Origin: Mustelus asterias | Taxonomy: Eukaryota | Length of the DNA stretch: 64,000 nucleotides | Direction: 5' to 3' | Assembly: GCF_964213995.1 (NCBI RefSeq) | Contig: NC_135816.1 | Location: 63,550,001 to 63,614,000 of the forward strand | In this document: positions 48,960-62,104 of the stretch, piece after piece | Numbering within the stretch: the stretch's first letter is position 1 | Layout: the number at the start of each line of letters is the position of its first letter | Notes under the pieces: model-generated | The model's database searches: none | What the model saw: only the letters and a program-made list of their open reading frames with translations | Told to the model about the DNA's origin: nothing | Translations under genes and position numbers: made by a program

Positions 48960-50200
48960 CAGTGCACCAGTTATGTCAAGGCTGCACACCTTTCAGATGG
49001 GGGACATAACAAGGGAAAAAGGCTGGGTTGGCATGGAACAAGAGCATCAAATGTGCAATTGAAGGTGCAGCTGAACAAATTGGCCAGTGCAGAGTATCAT
49101 GGTGAACAAGTGCTTGGTTGTTTAAAAGACTATTTATGATGATCTTCTTGGGGCATTTATTTTCAGGGGCATTCGCTGTGGGAAACGGGGTTGAAAGAAG
49201 GGAGGAGGAAGTGAGTAGTGAGGGATACAAAGATGTGGTGGAGGTGGTTTGTCAGTGACCAAGACCATGGGAGGATAAAGATTACAGGTTTAGGTGGCTT
49301 TGAACGGAATGAAAAAGTGTATGCGACTGGAGTGATTTCAGGAGGACAGAGCAGCAAGTATAAGAGAAGAGAAAGGGGCAATTACAATTATTGAGAATGA
49401 GAAGTTGCTCTTTGCAGGGAAAGGAAGGAAAGGAGGGGGGATATCAAAAAAGAGAAACTCAGGATGGGGAGGGGCAGCAGATCACAGAATTTCAAAGGAT
49501 GAGCACTAGGGGGTCTACAAAGTAAAAAACTCGAAGAAAGTTCCAGAGAATTGGAGGATATGCATAGGTGGGCCTTGATGATAAGGACCACCAAGGTAGT
49601 TTAGATAACAGTATAATCAAGTAGAGAATTTCAGCACAAGCCAATGTGTCCATACCAGGAAATTCAATGAAATCATCCACAGTCAGATTTGCATGGGCCT
49701 TATTCACAAGTGGACAGACCTTCTGGAGGGAAATGTGGAAGAGAAACAAAGGGTGTTAGAGTCCAAGGGGTTAAGATGAGCAAGAAGGAAGGAGGGTGTT
49801 GCGTTTAACCCTAATGGGTGCATTGGATGCTGTGGACAGGAAGAATGCAGAGTGGGGCAATTGAAGTTACTGCTCCTAAGGACAAAAATAGCAATGGATG
49901 CTTTGATGAGCCCCTCAGAAAATCCTAAGAGGCTCAGAGGTATCTATGGGCTTAGCCTAAGTCGATTCAAGGCTGAACCAGCAGCAGGACAGTAGAATAG
50001 GAGAAAAGTAGTGATCGGTTGGGCTGAAATTTGTTACAATATCTGAGAGCAAAGAGACGACAGGTGGCATTTCTTGATGACAAGGTGGTCCTGAGAGAGT
50101 GTAAAAATAGGAGATAGAAATAATGGGTTTGGGCTCAGAGCAGTAACAGTCAAAATGTATCCTCAGAGGAAATTTATGTTAGATAGGCAAGGTAGAGATT
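48960..50200 (-). mobile_element. Ancient L2-like LINE remnant
   Basis: Purine-rich strand; reverse frame contains LILILYRPP-like and VYFVDPL segments. Highly decayed. Confidence 0.35.
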
Positions 50201-50239
50201 AGGAAATACGTTCTGATTATGAACAAGGAAGGAGTAGGT

Positions 50240-50655
50240 CAGAGCTGGGGATCTTGCGGACAGTAGCTCACCTCCTGACCCACCAAAGGTTGTCCACTAT
50301 CTACAAGTCTCAAGTCAGGAGCATGATGGAATACTGAATGAGCAGAGCTCCAACAACTTTAACGAAGCTCGATATTGTCCAGGACAAAGCAACTGCTTGA
50401 TCAGCACCCATCCAGCATCTTAAACATTCACTCCCTCCACCACTAGTGGAGAGTGGCTACAGTGTGTACCATCTAGCAATTTGCCAACCCTGCAACAGTA
50501 ACTTCCAAACCTGCTGTCTACATGAGACTCCAGATTCACACCAATGTAGTTGATTCTTATATGCCCTCTGAAATGGTCAAGCAGGGCTATTAGGAATGGG
50601 CAATAAATAATTGCTGGCCCAGCCAGTGATGCTCAAAGCCCATGAATGAATGAAA
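50240..50655 (+). mobile_element. Zenon/L2-like LINE 3' part
   Basis: Homologous to 20920-21490 (atctacaag.c.caagtcagga..tgatggaatact). Confidence 0.8.
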
Positions 50656-50875
50656 CAATAATATTTTTTAATGATGAAGCAATTACTGAGGTTGGAATCC
50701 CTGAGGTAATAAAGGAGACATTGGGGAATAGTTTATAGTAAAAGTATATTGCAGTGCACAGATGACAACAGGTAAGCAATAAATATGCAAGATGATCATA
50801 TATCAGGACACCCAGATCCCTCTGTACCTTCTGCAGTCTCTCCATTTAAATAATGTGCTGCTTTTCGATTTTTCT

Positions 50876-51137
50876 CAAGATGGCACCGGAATGAGGCGAC
50901 TTCTTGCAAGCTGTGCCAGCATACCTTCTAATTCTATCTTTTACTCTTGTTCTATGCTCTTAAAACTTCATTCTAATTCTTTTAAACTCTCTTTCTCTAC
51001 ACCCTAGCTATGACTGTAACACTACATTCTGCACTCTCTCCTTTCCTTCTCTATGTAAATTATGTCTGTATAGCATGCAAGAAACAATACTTTTCACTCT
51101 ATACTAATACATGTGACAATAATAAAGCAAATCAAAT
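50876..51137 (+). mobile_element. Short non-coding element with a Rex1-type tail
   Basis: Starts caagatggcaccgg; 3' half matches the Rex1 tail at 10290-10428; inserted into a minus-strand CR1 fragment. Confidence 0.7.
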
Positions 51138-51147
51138 AAAACCAAAT

Positions 51148-53265
51148 GTAGTGGGGAAATGCTTGAATCAACCATCAAGGAAGAAATAGCGAGACATCTG
51201 GATAGAAACTGTCTCATTAGACAGATGCAGCATGGATTCATGAAAGGCAGGTCATGTTTAGCTAATTTACTGGAATTCTTTGAGGACATTATGAGCGCAG
51301 TGGTCAACAGGGAACCGGTGGATGTGGTATAACTGGATTTCCAGAAGGCATTCGACAAGGTGCCGCACAAAAGGCTGCTGCAAAAGACAAAGGTGCACGG
51401 CATTACAGGTAACGTATTAGCACGGATAGAGGATTGATTAAAGCCATTACAAAGACATGGCTGCAAGATGACAAAGACTGGGACCAGAATATTCAATGTT
51501 ACTGGACATTTAAAAAGGACAGGAAGCCAGGCAAAGGTGATGGGGTAGCTCAGTTAATTAAGGGTGAGATTGGTACAATAGAGAGAGCTGACCTTCGTCC
51601 TGGAGATCAAAACTTTTTAAATCAATTTGGGTAGAGATGAGAAACAGTAAAGGTAAGAAGTCACTTGTGAAAGTGGTTTATAGACCTCCCTCACAGTAAC
51701 CACACTGCAGGGTGATCTATACAGGAAGAATTGATGGTGGCTTGTGAGAAAGGTACAGCAATAATCATGGGTGATTTTAATCTACCTATGGATTTGACAA
51801 ATCAGATTGGCAAAACAAGCATGATGAGTTCATAGAGTATTTTCGGGACAGTTTCTTGGAACAGCACATTTTAGCACCAATTAGAGAGCAGCTATATTAG
51901 ATCTGGTAATGTGCAATGAGATAGGATTAATTTATTACCTCACAGTGAAGGCACTCTGGTAGCAGTGATCCCAATATGATTGAATTTCACGTTCAGTTTG
52001 GAGGAGAAAGAAGTGGATCTAAGACTAATGTTTTAAACTTCAATAAGGACAATTATGAGTGCATGAAGACAGAGCTAGCTAAAGTGAGCTATGAAATTCT
52101 CTCTGGAGCGGAGGAGGCTGAGGGGAGACTTAATAGAGGTTTATAAAATGATGAAGGGGATAGATAGAGTGAACGTTCAAAGACTATTTCCTCGGGTGGA
52201 TGGAGCTATTACAAGGGGGCATAACTATAGGGTTCGTGGTGGGAGATACAGGAAGGATATCAGAGGTAGGTTCTTTACGCAGAGAGTGGTTGGGGTGTGG
52301 AATGGACTGCCTGCAGTGATAGTGGAGTCAGACACTTTAGGAACATTTAAGCGGTTATTGGATAGGCACATGGAGCACACCAGGATGATAGGGAGTGGGA
52401 TAGCTTGATCTTGGTTTCAGATAAAGCTCGGCACAACATCGTGGGCCGAAGGGCCTGTTCTGTGCTGTACTGTTCTATGTTCTACGTTCTAAATTCAGTT
52501 AAGGATTAGGCTAATTAGATGCGGTAAAACAGATTATGAGAGTAAACTAGCTCAGAATATAAAATCAGATAACAAAGGTTTCTATAAATATATAAACCGA
52601 AAAACAGTGGCTCCGGTTAACATTGGTCCTTTAGAGGATGAGAAAGGGACTTAATAATAGAAAATGAGAAAATGGACGAGGCATTGGACAGTTATTTTGT
52701 GTCAGTCTTCACAGTGGAAGACACAAATAACATCCCAAAATTTGATGACAATGAGACTACGGCAGGTGAGGGCTTCGAAACGATCATTATCACTAAAGAG
52801 GTAGTGTTGGGCAAGCTAATGGGGCTAAAGGTAGACAAGTCTCCTGGCCCCGATGGAATGCATCCCAGGGTACGAAAAGACATGGCCGGGGAAATAGCAA
52901 ATGTGCTCATGGTAATTTACCAAAATTCGCTGGACTCTGGGCTGGTTCTGGCAGATTGGAAAACAGCAAATGTGACGCCACTGTTTAAAAAAGGAGGTAG
53001 ACAAAAGGCGGGTAACTATAGGCCGGTTAGCTTAACTTCTGTAGTAGGGAAAATACTTGAATCTATCATCAAAGAAGAAATGGCGAAACATCTGGATAGA
53101 AATTGTCCCATTGGGAAGACGCAGCATGGGTTCATGAAGGGTAGGTTATGTTTGACTAATTTGATGGAATTCTCTGAGGACATTATATGCACAGTGGACA
53201 ATGGGAACCTGTGGATGTGGTGCATCTGGAGTTTCAGAAGGCATTTGGCAAGGTACCGCAATAAA
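51148..53265 (+). mobile_element. Rearranged CR1 fragments (RT piece, then endonuclease-to-RT piece)
   Basis: QHGFMKGRSCL at 51230; AITKTWL at 51442; KSPGPDGMHPRV, NYRPVSLTSVVGK and QHGFMKGRLCL at 52830-53160. Confidence 0.9.
52100..52490 (+). mobile_element. Younger CR1 3' end nested in CR1
   Basis: SLERRRLRGDLIEVYKMM, (ttctatg)n end, aaattc at 52094 and 52491. Confidence 0.9.
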
Positions 53266-53267
53266 GT

Positions 53268-53517
53268 AGATGCTTGGGAACACCACCACCTCTAAGTTGC
53301 CATCCAAGTCACACAATCCTGACTTGGAAATATATCACCATTCCTTCACTGTCACTGCGTCAAAATCTTGGAACTCCCTTTGTAACAGCACTGTGGTGTA
53401 CCTACACAAACACGGACTGCAGCAGTTCAAGAAGGCAGCTCACCACCACCTTCTCAAAGGCAATTACAATGAGCTGGCCTTGCAAACAATGCTCACATCC
53501 CACAAATAAATAAAAAA
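53268..53517 (+). mobile_element. Zenon/L2-like LINE 3' end
   Basis: cctgacttggaaatatatcacc.ttccttcactg, as at 21296. Confidence 0.8.
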
Positions 53518-54025
53518 GAGAGACTATATAATCTTTAACTTGTCAGATTTGTTCCACCTCTTACTTTTCCGATCAGTTTCCCTTACAGAGGCTTTGTTTG
53601 CCTTTAAAATTGAACTTGTATTTTTGTTCAATCATAGCTGAAAGAGTAAAGAAACCATCTGTCTGCTTTTCTATCAATTTATGTCCCTCTCCCTGTCTGA
53701 TAAGTGTTAGAAATGTTAATCTCTCTCACAGGTATAAGCAATTATATTGACCATTTCTATTTGTTAACAAAACACATGTAAGATAATTAGTATGCTTTAC
53801 ATGTTTTTTTTAATTGAAGTAACTAAATATTTGTGAGCTATGAGGCATCCTATAGTGCATCACACATCCTATAGCGTGATTCTCACACACACACATACTT
53901 CAAGCTTTATCCTTTCTAAATATGCGACACCCTGCATTGTTTAATACCCGGTCTTGCTTTTTAGACCACCTCAGTAATCCCAGCACATGCTTGCCCCCAG
54001 CTCCATTGTTCTATTCCTGACACTG

Positions 54026-54250
54026 TGGCCAGAATTTTCCAGTTACCCGGAGCCCTCCCCCATCCCCATCTCCACCCCCGCCCCATGACAGGTTTCCCCA
54101 CAGCGGAGGGGGCTGACCATTGGCCACTGACGGCATCTTCCAGTCCCGCAAAGTCTACAGCGTTTTGCGTGGCTTGTCTGTCCCACTGCCTGGAAACTTC
54201 AGTGGGACTGGACAATCTTGCCAGCAGGAAGGGCTGGAAAATCCCATCCC
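54026..54250. mobile_element. Harbinger-type MITE
   Basis: tggccagaattttcc...ggaaaatcccatccc flanked by CTG. Confidence 0.75.
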
Positions 54251-54266
54251 CTGTGTATTGCTATAT

Positions 54267-54414
54267 ATGATGTGGAGATGCCGGCGTTGGACTGGGGTAA
54301 GCACAGTAAGAAGTCTCACAACACCAGGTTAAAGTCCAACAGGTTTATTTGGTAGAAAATTTGCTACCAAATAAACCTGTTGGACTTTAACCTGGTGTTG
54401 TGAGACTTCTTACT
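54267..54414. mobile_element. Short Penelope-like palindromic insertion with 12-bp TSD
   Basis: Same family as 42391; arms of about 54 bp; TSD tattgctatata at 54256 and 54414; truncated before the hammerhead. Confidence 0.9.
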
Positions 54415-54427
54415 ATTGCTATATAGA

Positions 54428-54532
54428 CATTTTATTTATTAGTGTGACAAGTAGGCTTACATTAACACTGCAATGAAGTTACTATGAAAATCCCCTAGTC
54501 GCCACACTCCGGTGTCTGTTCGGATACACTGG
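54428..54532 (-). mobile_element. SINE tail B fragment
   Basis: tttatttattagtgtgacaagtaggcttacattaacactgcaatgaagttact. Confidence 0.85.
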
Positions 54533-57500
54533 TATCTACATATTAGATACATTACTTATACTTTCCAGGTCTGAGTTTAAACTACTGCCCTAGTAGTAGA
54601 GAAAAAAAGATCTTAAAACTCACCAAACTAATCTGTTATTCTGTAAAAGACCAGAACGGCACCTCTTCTCTCACTGCACTGAATTCCCTCACTCACCACA
54701 TTCCCCAAGAAACTATTCTGTCTGATGGTTTTCCAGGCTACCTCAGGGACGTCACCTCCATGAAGTTGGCAGCATCCCACCCACCCAGGGGTGGGGGATG
54801 CCCCACCACTGAAAAAATTGCCAGCAGTCCTGTTTAATGACATCTTTTTGGCCCAAGAAAGGTAAGAGCATGATTTTCACAGGGCAAATCAGTGACCCTG
54901 GACAATCTGGTATAGATCAAAGTCCCACTGCTGGGTTCATTACAGGGACATCAGAAAGGTTCTTTGTATGTGTTGAAACTAGTTTCTCGGTATAAGTTGC
55001 ATTGGGTTGAGGGGTGGACCTTAATTTTGCCTGCATGGCCACTTTTATTCAGCATCAACATTATTGATCCTCTGAGGAGCTGCCTGCTCTATTTGGCATG
55101 TCCGCAGCAGGCTCCAAAATGGCTGCTTTGCCATTGGCACCCGGTAGGCAGCTCCCACCACTGGAGGCAAAAGACACTACTAATTTCCCATTGGGGCATT
55201 AACTTTTAAAGACACCATTATGTGAACGATAAAGTTGGAGCACACTCAGAATTCATCTGTGCATTAGACTTCTTGTCCTGCTTTGAAAATCCAGCCCACA
55301 GTTAATTTAATGAGAGTTCTTGCTAATCCTGATCCCATTACACATTCTTTTCACTAAACTATCTTTAATCAGGATTGCACTAGCATGAAAAAGCAATAGA
55401 AGTAAGGAACAAACAATAGACTTGCATTCGAGTCATTTTAGGTTTCATCCCCTTCCCAGCTAGTTAAAGCGTAGACTAGCCTTGGCTCCTGAATGTTATG
55501 GCCTGATTCTGAAGGTAATTAATTCTTGTGGTCTTGCCATTTGACCCAAATCATATCCTCTGACATGGTGAGCTGTAGCATCAGTGGCCATTCAATATTT
55601 TGGCATCATTGATATTACTCAGGAAAATGTCAGATCTTGCTTCAGAAGTGTCTTTCCAATTTGGGTCTGCTGACATCACTTCCAAGAGATTTGATAATTG
55701 TCAGCTAGCCTGTAAAGCATGGAATAACCTCCAGCCAATACTGTGTGTCCCAAGGGTAACTCTTTATACAGGTGCCACAGTACGGTGTGTGTACAATTAT
55801 AATTCAGCAGAGAAGTGCTTTTAATTAAACATCATTCTGATGACACATTAATGAGGTTACAGATTTTAATTAAGGTCTAATTGAGAACTCAGGTTTCCAG
55901 TGATCCTATATTAACTCAAAGTGCATGAAATGTCATTTAATTAAGTGATGAGGTAGACTCAGTCTGGGGTCTCTGCATTGCTTTAAAGCCCAGGGGATTG
56001 CTCCAGTTTACATTGAAGTTGTTCATTCTATCAGGTGATAATTACTTACTAGAGAGAAAGTATTGACGAATACAATGATTTTAAAACAGAATATTATTTG
56101 TCAGTCTCATAAGTTAACAGGGAACACACAGTGTTCATTTTAACCCTTTCCTTGATCAAATCAAATATGATTCCGCCTTCTCCTGCTAAATAGGAAGGAA
56201 TGTCATAAATTGCACAGTGTATAAACATTATCTTGCTGATTAAACGGGAACTCTGGAAACCTACACAGTGTAATCATTTCCAGGTTCAATAAATAGGAAC
56301 CCTGCGCAGTGACAGCGTGAAACTCTTACCCTACTGAACAAACAGTCTCCACTGTTACACCATGAATAATCTTCACCCTGCTGAATAGATAAGAACTCCC
56401 TATATTTCTACTGTAACTGAAACATATCCTGCAGGCTACAGAGGAACTCCATAGGTAACATAATCTTAGCCTGTTTAGCAAACAGAATGTTAATAGAGTT
56501 ACACAATGTAAATGACAACGTGCCACAGAACAACACAATGAACTCTATACAATGCATTATAACTCAATGCAGGGCAGTACAGAATATAACAGCTCATGCT
56601 TGGGATTTAAGCATATATGAGGAAATTAATGAAATGGACATCATGCACACTGATGAATGGATTTTGTGCATTCATTAATATGAACGGAGAAATATTTGTT
56701 GCCATTCCTGCAGTGAAGGGGGAAATCCCATTCCTGCACCTCGGAAGAAGATATATCAGAGTTTGAATATTCTCAAAATGAGACAGCATTTCTCAGCAGA
56801 TAATTAGCCCCGTCTTCCCAGGTTAGCCCAAAGTAAATTGGCTTCCTCAGAAGAACGTGGTTGGCAGAAAGGAGAGGTCGAGTAATGGAAGGAGGTTCTC
56901 CATCCCATTCCCGTGCAGAAGACTAAGTGTCATTGCTGGAAAGGATTTCAACTTTGTGACTCCGTATTTTTGCAATCCCTGTTCATTTCAGAAACCACTC
57001 AATAGTTTTGGGGCCAGCCCATCCAAGAGACAAAAGCAGGGAATTGCAAAGGTTGTGCGCAATAGAAACAAATTGACTTTTCGCAAGTGACAATGTGGCT
57101 AAATAGATAATGGGAGCCGCTATTTGTGATCAGCATGCATAGAAGTCTTAACATCTGAACACTAAGCACAGAGAATTGGGATAGAGATTCACATTAGCAG
57201 GTCTCTCTGTCCATTTATTTTCTGTGGCTTTCCCTGGTTATGGATTGCACATGCCTGCAAAAAGTGTCCAGGGAGGCCTGTAAATTAGATCAAATCTGAA
57301 TAGTTCTTTCCCCTCTGTCCACATTTTCCTGTTCACTCACCAGCTCTGCTCATTCGGAATGTCAAACTAGGGATCAGTGAATTTTGGACAGTAATCGGAT
57401 GGTTCCAATCATGGCAGCCCAGTTGCTGAAGATCTCTCACACCTGGGAACATGCATTAGCAGATATGGCCCATTTAGTGGGAGAAACAATACCTTCTCCC

Positions 57501-58605
57501 TCACCACAGAATACCTTTGGCTAATTTTCAGGTAGAATTCCAGCTGTCCCCATTTGGTGAACCTGAACAGATTTCTCGGACTACAGAAAAGAGACCTGAC
57601 CCTCAAGATGGTTTGGAATTCTTCCCCACAGTCTTTGAGAGGGCCAGCTGGATCCACTCTCGCCAAGGATCTGAATTCTGTGCAACATTAGCATTACAAC
57701 CTGACCATGCTCCCCCCGCCCACCCCCCCCCCCCCCCCCCCCCGCCACCCCTCGCCACCACCACCCGCTAACCTCCCTTCACATCCCTTTTTATTTAGAT
57801 TTGGATAAATATCTGATCTCTTTCATCTTATTGAATCATTGACTCCTGAAAATTAATCAGCTTGCACTCCCACCAGAGCAATGTACCAAATATCCAGGTG
57901 CCTTGCTTTTTGGGTGAAATATTAATCCTCAGTGGAAATTGTTTTCTGTGCGTTAAATCTAATATGGGTGTTGTTATATATTTGGGTGGTTGCATGATTG
58001 CTTTAAGAGCTGGTCACATGATTTGATGGTGCTGTCATCAGACTATTTCACAGGCTCCTGTTTAGTTTAAGTTTCTACTTTGTACAGGCAACAGTTCCCC
58101 AATAAACCTTGTTGTTGTTACTTTGTATCTATGTGTGCAAACCATGTCCTTTTCTTTTTGTTTAAAACCCACAACCCCTAACATAGTTAGGACATTACAG
58201 GCATCATGACTTATAAATAATATTAAACACTGGGACTTAATTTCAAGCATGGCCATTCATATCGTGATACCTGAAAGAAACCCAATAAGTAAAAGGAAAC
58301 TTCATTCTAAAAAAAACAAACATTAGTTGTGCCTCACCACAGAATGGCTCATTTTCAGGTAGAAAATGAGACATAGCTGAACGAAAGCTCGGCTGAACCA
58401 CTGTCTAATACCTGTCTTTTGTAAGAGGCATAGTTACAACACACAAAGCTGTCAGATAGTGCTTGCTACATATGTCAGTACTTGCTTTAATGATGGTGCT
58501 GCAATACACCAATGAGCTATGAATCATTATAAATGAATATCCTATGATCAAAAAGGCATCTTAAGCAATCTCTAATTGTTACAAATTCACTATGATTAAA
58601 ATATA

Positions 58606-58708
58606 AACAGGAAACATTGGAAATACTCAACAGGTCAGACAGTATTCATGGAGTGTACCTCCAGCATTTTCTGTTTAAGTTTCAGATTTCCAGCATCCAC
58701 AGTATTTT
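58606..58708. mobile_element. Decayed Penelope pLTR remnant
   Basis: ggaaatactcaacaggtcagacag and inverted ccagcattttctg..ttcagatttccagcatcc, related to 34825-34900. Confidence 0.55.
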
Positions 58709-59289
58709 ACCTTACAATTGTGATGAAGATGTTTTGTGCCATATACTTGGGCTACATCAACTATAATGTAGATGGAAATTGCACTTTCTCCAGATAAATT
58801 CACAAACAAGCCATTAACAAGAGGATAGTTTTCAGTGAGACCTCACTCTGTGGTAAAAAAAACTAACCAGAATGGGAGAATTGGAGTTTCACAAGTCCTT
58901 TGTCCAGTCAAACTCATGTTCCTGTCTGGTGAGATTTCATTCCTGGAGTGCAGACTTGCTGATCTGCAATACTTACATGCATCAGTTGTGGAAAAGACTT
59001 GATTAGCTATGGTCATGATGTTCTGTCCACCATGGTGTCAGACCAACTGACCTTTAGCTGCATGTCAATTTTGTATGCTCATAACTGAGGCACAATATGA
59101 GGAAACACTGTAGAGTGAAGGTGTGACGTTTGATGCAATGAAGATTTCCTTTCTACTGAAGAGGCATTTAATAAATTAAATGGTTGTTATGCTTTGTGAA
59201 AAGACATATTAGTTCATCACTGACTTTATTTCAAGGGAAAGGACAGAGCACTTCGATTAAAAATTTTGGAGAAGACATCAAAATGGAGC

Positions 59290-59433
59290 GTCTTGACAAA
59301 TACATGAATAGGATGGGAATACAGGGATATGGTCCACGGAAGAGTAGGGGGTTTTAGTTCAGTCGGGCAGCATGGTCGGTGCAGGCTTGGAGGGTCAAAA
59401 GGCCTATTCCTGTGGTGTACTTTTCTTTGTTCT
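59290..59433 (+). mobile_element. CR1 3' end
   Basis: LDKYMNRMGIQGY then ggcttggagggtcaaaaggcctattcctgtg tail. Confidence 0.8.
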
Positions 59434-60186
59434 AATCACATCCTCCACATGGGTCAGCATTGGAGAGGCATGGTACAGTGCATGAACCAGAGGATACACA
59501 ATGCTGCTTCGACCATTTCATTGATCAGTGGTGAAAGTATTCAAGAGATACTTGCTTGCCAACCATTCCCTTTTTTTGGAGAAGGGTACAAATGGTGGAT
59601 GAACCTGGACAGAAAAATGTAGAGAGGAATCTGCTTGACGAATTGCGCCCAGGCAAGCTGTACATTGCAATGTGAAACCACTATATGGTTGGTTAACACC
59701 GATGTACAAAGAACTGCATATTGTGTCAGCATTTTGAGTTCTTGAGCAATCCCTGACTGCAGCTGCCTCCAAATATGGGGTGGGGCAGTTGAAGAGCAAG
59801 GTTTTTGCTCATGTTCATCCTGCTCCTGTGCTATAATTATTGTGGTTCCTTAGAAAGCAGTGGCTGTGGTTTGCAGATGTGGTTGATGTATCATCCGTGT
59901 GGCATAACACATGCCGACAACAAAAGACTTGCTTTTATACGGTGTCTTAGCAAAACATCCCAAGGTGCTTAAACAGTTGAAAGTGAAGAATGATTGTTAT
60001 GTGAGTTGCAATGTTCTGCAAAGTTCTTCTGTCTGACCCTCCATTATATAGTATTCCAAATGTGAAAATGATAGAGGACTTTTAAAAAGTTTTTTAAAAA
60101 TGGGTAGTGCTGTTCCGATTTTGATCTTGATTTGTAATCCTTTATTGTGACCTCTTTTTCATGATCTGGTCTGGGTGTCATTTATA

Positions 60187-60410
60187 ATCATAGAATCATA
60201 GAATCCCTACAGAAGGAGGCCATACGGTCCATCGAACCTGCAGCAACCACAATCCTACCCAGGCTCTATTCCCATAACCCCACATATTTACCCTGCTAAT
60301 CCACTCCTTAAAGTATTCATGTGCTTGTCTAAAAACCCCTTAAATGCTCCTATCATATCTGCCTCCACCACTACCCCCGGCAATGTGTTCCAGATACCTA
60401 CCACTCCAGA
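60187..60410 (-). mobile_element. SINE tail joined to a CR1 3' fragment
   Basis: atcatagaatcatagaatccctac tail followed by reverse WNTLPGVVVEADMIGAFK. Confidence 0.7.
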
Positions 60411-60594
60411 ATCAACTCCTTCTTCTTTGGAAGCCTTCAGCAAACTAGATGCTCTGTGCATTTCTAGACCTCTTGCATTCCTGTGGGAATGTTGCCACAG
60501 TTTGAATTCAGAATTTGCACTTCCCTTGAATATCCTAACATTTTATCAGTCCAATGGTTTGTGCTCTATCATTCAGTCAAGAAATGTCTCACCT

Positions 60595-61243
60595 ATCTGG
60601 CGTCTGGCCAGAGGAGCACATTTGAAACCAAGGTGCAGAAGAGGTTTACCAGGATGCTACCTGGATTAGAGGGTATGAGCTATATGGAGAGGCTGGGCAA
60701 ACTAGAATTGTTTTCTCTGGAGCAGCAGAGGCTGAGGGGAGACCTGATAGAAGCCCATAAAATTATGAGAGGCATTAGATAGGGTTGACAGTCCAAATCT
60801 TTTCCCAGAGTTGAAGGGCAGAATTTTCCTGTCCTGCCACTATGGGAATCGCAGTGGGCGGGACAGGACCATGCAAAAGACCTTTGACCTTGGATGGGAT
60901 TTTCCAGTCTTGGAGCAAGCACTGCCGAAAAATATAACCCGAAATGTCTAATACTAGGGGCATGCACTTAGGATGAGAAGTGGAAAGTTCAAAGGAGGTG
61001 TGAGGGGCAAATGTTTTACACAGAATGGTAAGTGTCTGGAATGCGTTGCCAGGGGTGGTGGTGGAGGCAGATAAGATAGGGGCATTTAAGGGGCTTTTAG
61101 ATAAGCACATGAATATGCAAGGAATAGAAGGATATCGACCAAGGGCAGGCAAAAGGGATTTGTTTAATTTGGCGTCATGGTCGGCACAACATTTGGGACC
61201 GAAGGGCCTGTTCCTGTGCTGTTCTGTTCTATATTCTATGTTC
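60595..61243 (+). mobile_element. CR1 3' part interrupted by a MITE
   Basis: RFTRMLPGLEGMSY..LFSLEQQRLRGDL and WNALPGVVVEAD; ttctatg end. Confidence 0.9.
60816..60940. mobile_element. Harbinger-type MITE, 125 bp, GAA TSD
   Basis: gggcagaattttcc...gaaaaatataaccc; removing it and one GAA restores a CR1-like ttcccagagttgaaatgtctaatactaggg. Confidence 0.88.
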
Positions 61244-62104
61244 CAAGAGTTCACTGTGTGAATTTGTGCTCATCCACAATGTAAGAACGCAAAGTCCAGC
61301 TCGATGGAGTTCTGGTTGAGAGTGTTTACTTAGCTCAGGAGGTTTGTTGAGTGACAGAATTTGACACAGTGAGGGAAGAGGTGCTGTTCTGATCCTTCAC
61401 AAAACAAGGAGTGGTCCGAGAGATTTTTGGGGTGGTCTGAGAGAGTGAGTAAGCAGGAGACAGCAAGAGCTGAAATCCAGAGGCGGCATGAATTAGATAT
61501 TAGAAGGTAATTTTATGGTTTCCCTTTTGCTCTAAGTTAAGGCAGGAGTTTAAACTATTATCTAGAAATTAGAACTACTGTATTAACTTCATAGCTTAAC
61601 ATGCTCTGTCAAGGAGTGGAAAGGCTAAGAAGAAGAGGAACAGAGGACATCTTCGTAAATACATTTGCACAGTAATGAGAACCTTATCTTACATATTCTC
61701 AACAGCTAAAGAAGAATAAATAGCTCAAGATTTATTTTAATAATTACATCAAATATTCAATATAACTGTTTAATTTATTATCAGCAATACAATACCACAA
61801 AAATAGCCACAAGGCAAAGGTTTGTGTTTTAATCTATTTTATTTTGGCAGGGTTGGTGGGTGCAAGATATCCTTAGTTCATTGAAAGCTTTTGGTTAAGA
61901 TGTTTGCAGGGTTCTGGAGTACCCTGCGGCAAACAAGTACTGAGCATGTAGAATGTCCAAGGTAGAATGTCCAAGGTATATTGAATAATGCTTTGGATGT
62001 ATCATAATTAAGAAACAAAATAGGCGGGAGTGTTTTAGGTAACATTCCTACTATGCGTGAGGTGTTCAAGGTGCGATGGTTGTGGTGTGGTCAGCAGACT
62101 ACTT

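Noticed and set aside
61949-61978. 14-bp tandem duplication (tagaatgtccaagg), and a similar repeat at 62471-62520
   Set aside because: Ordinary local slippage duplications.
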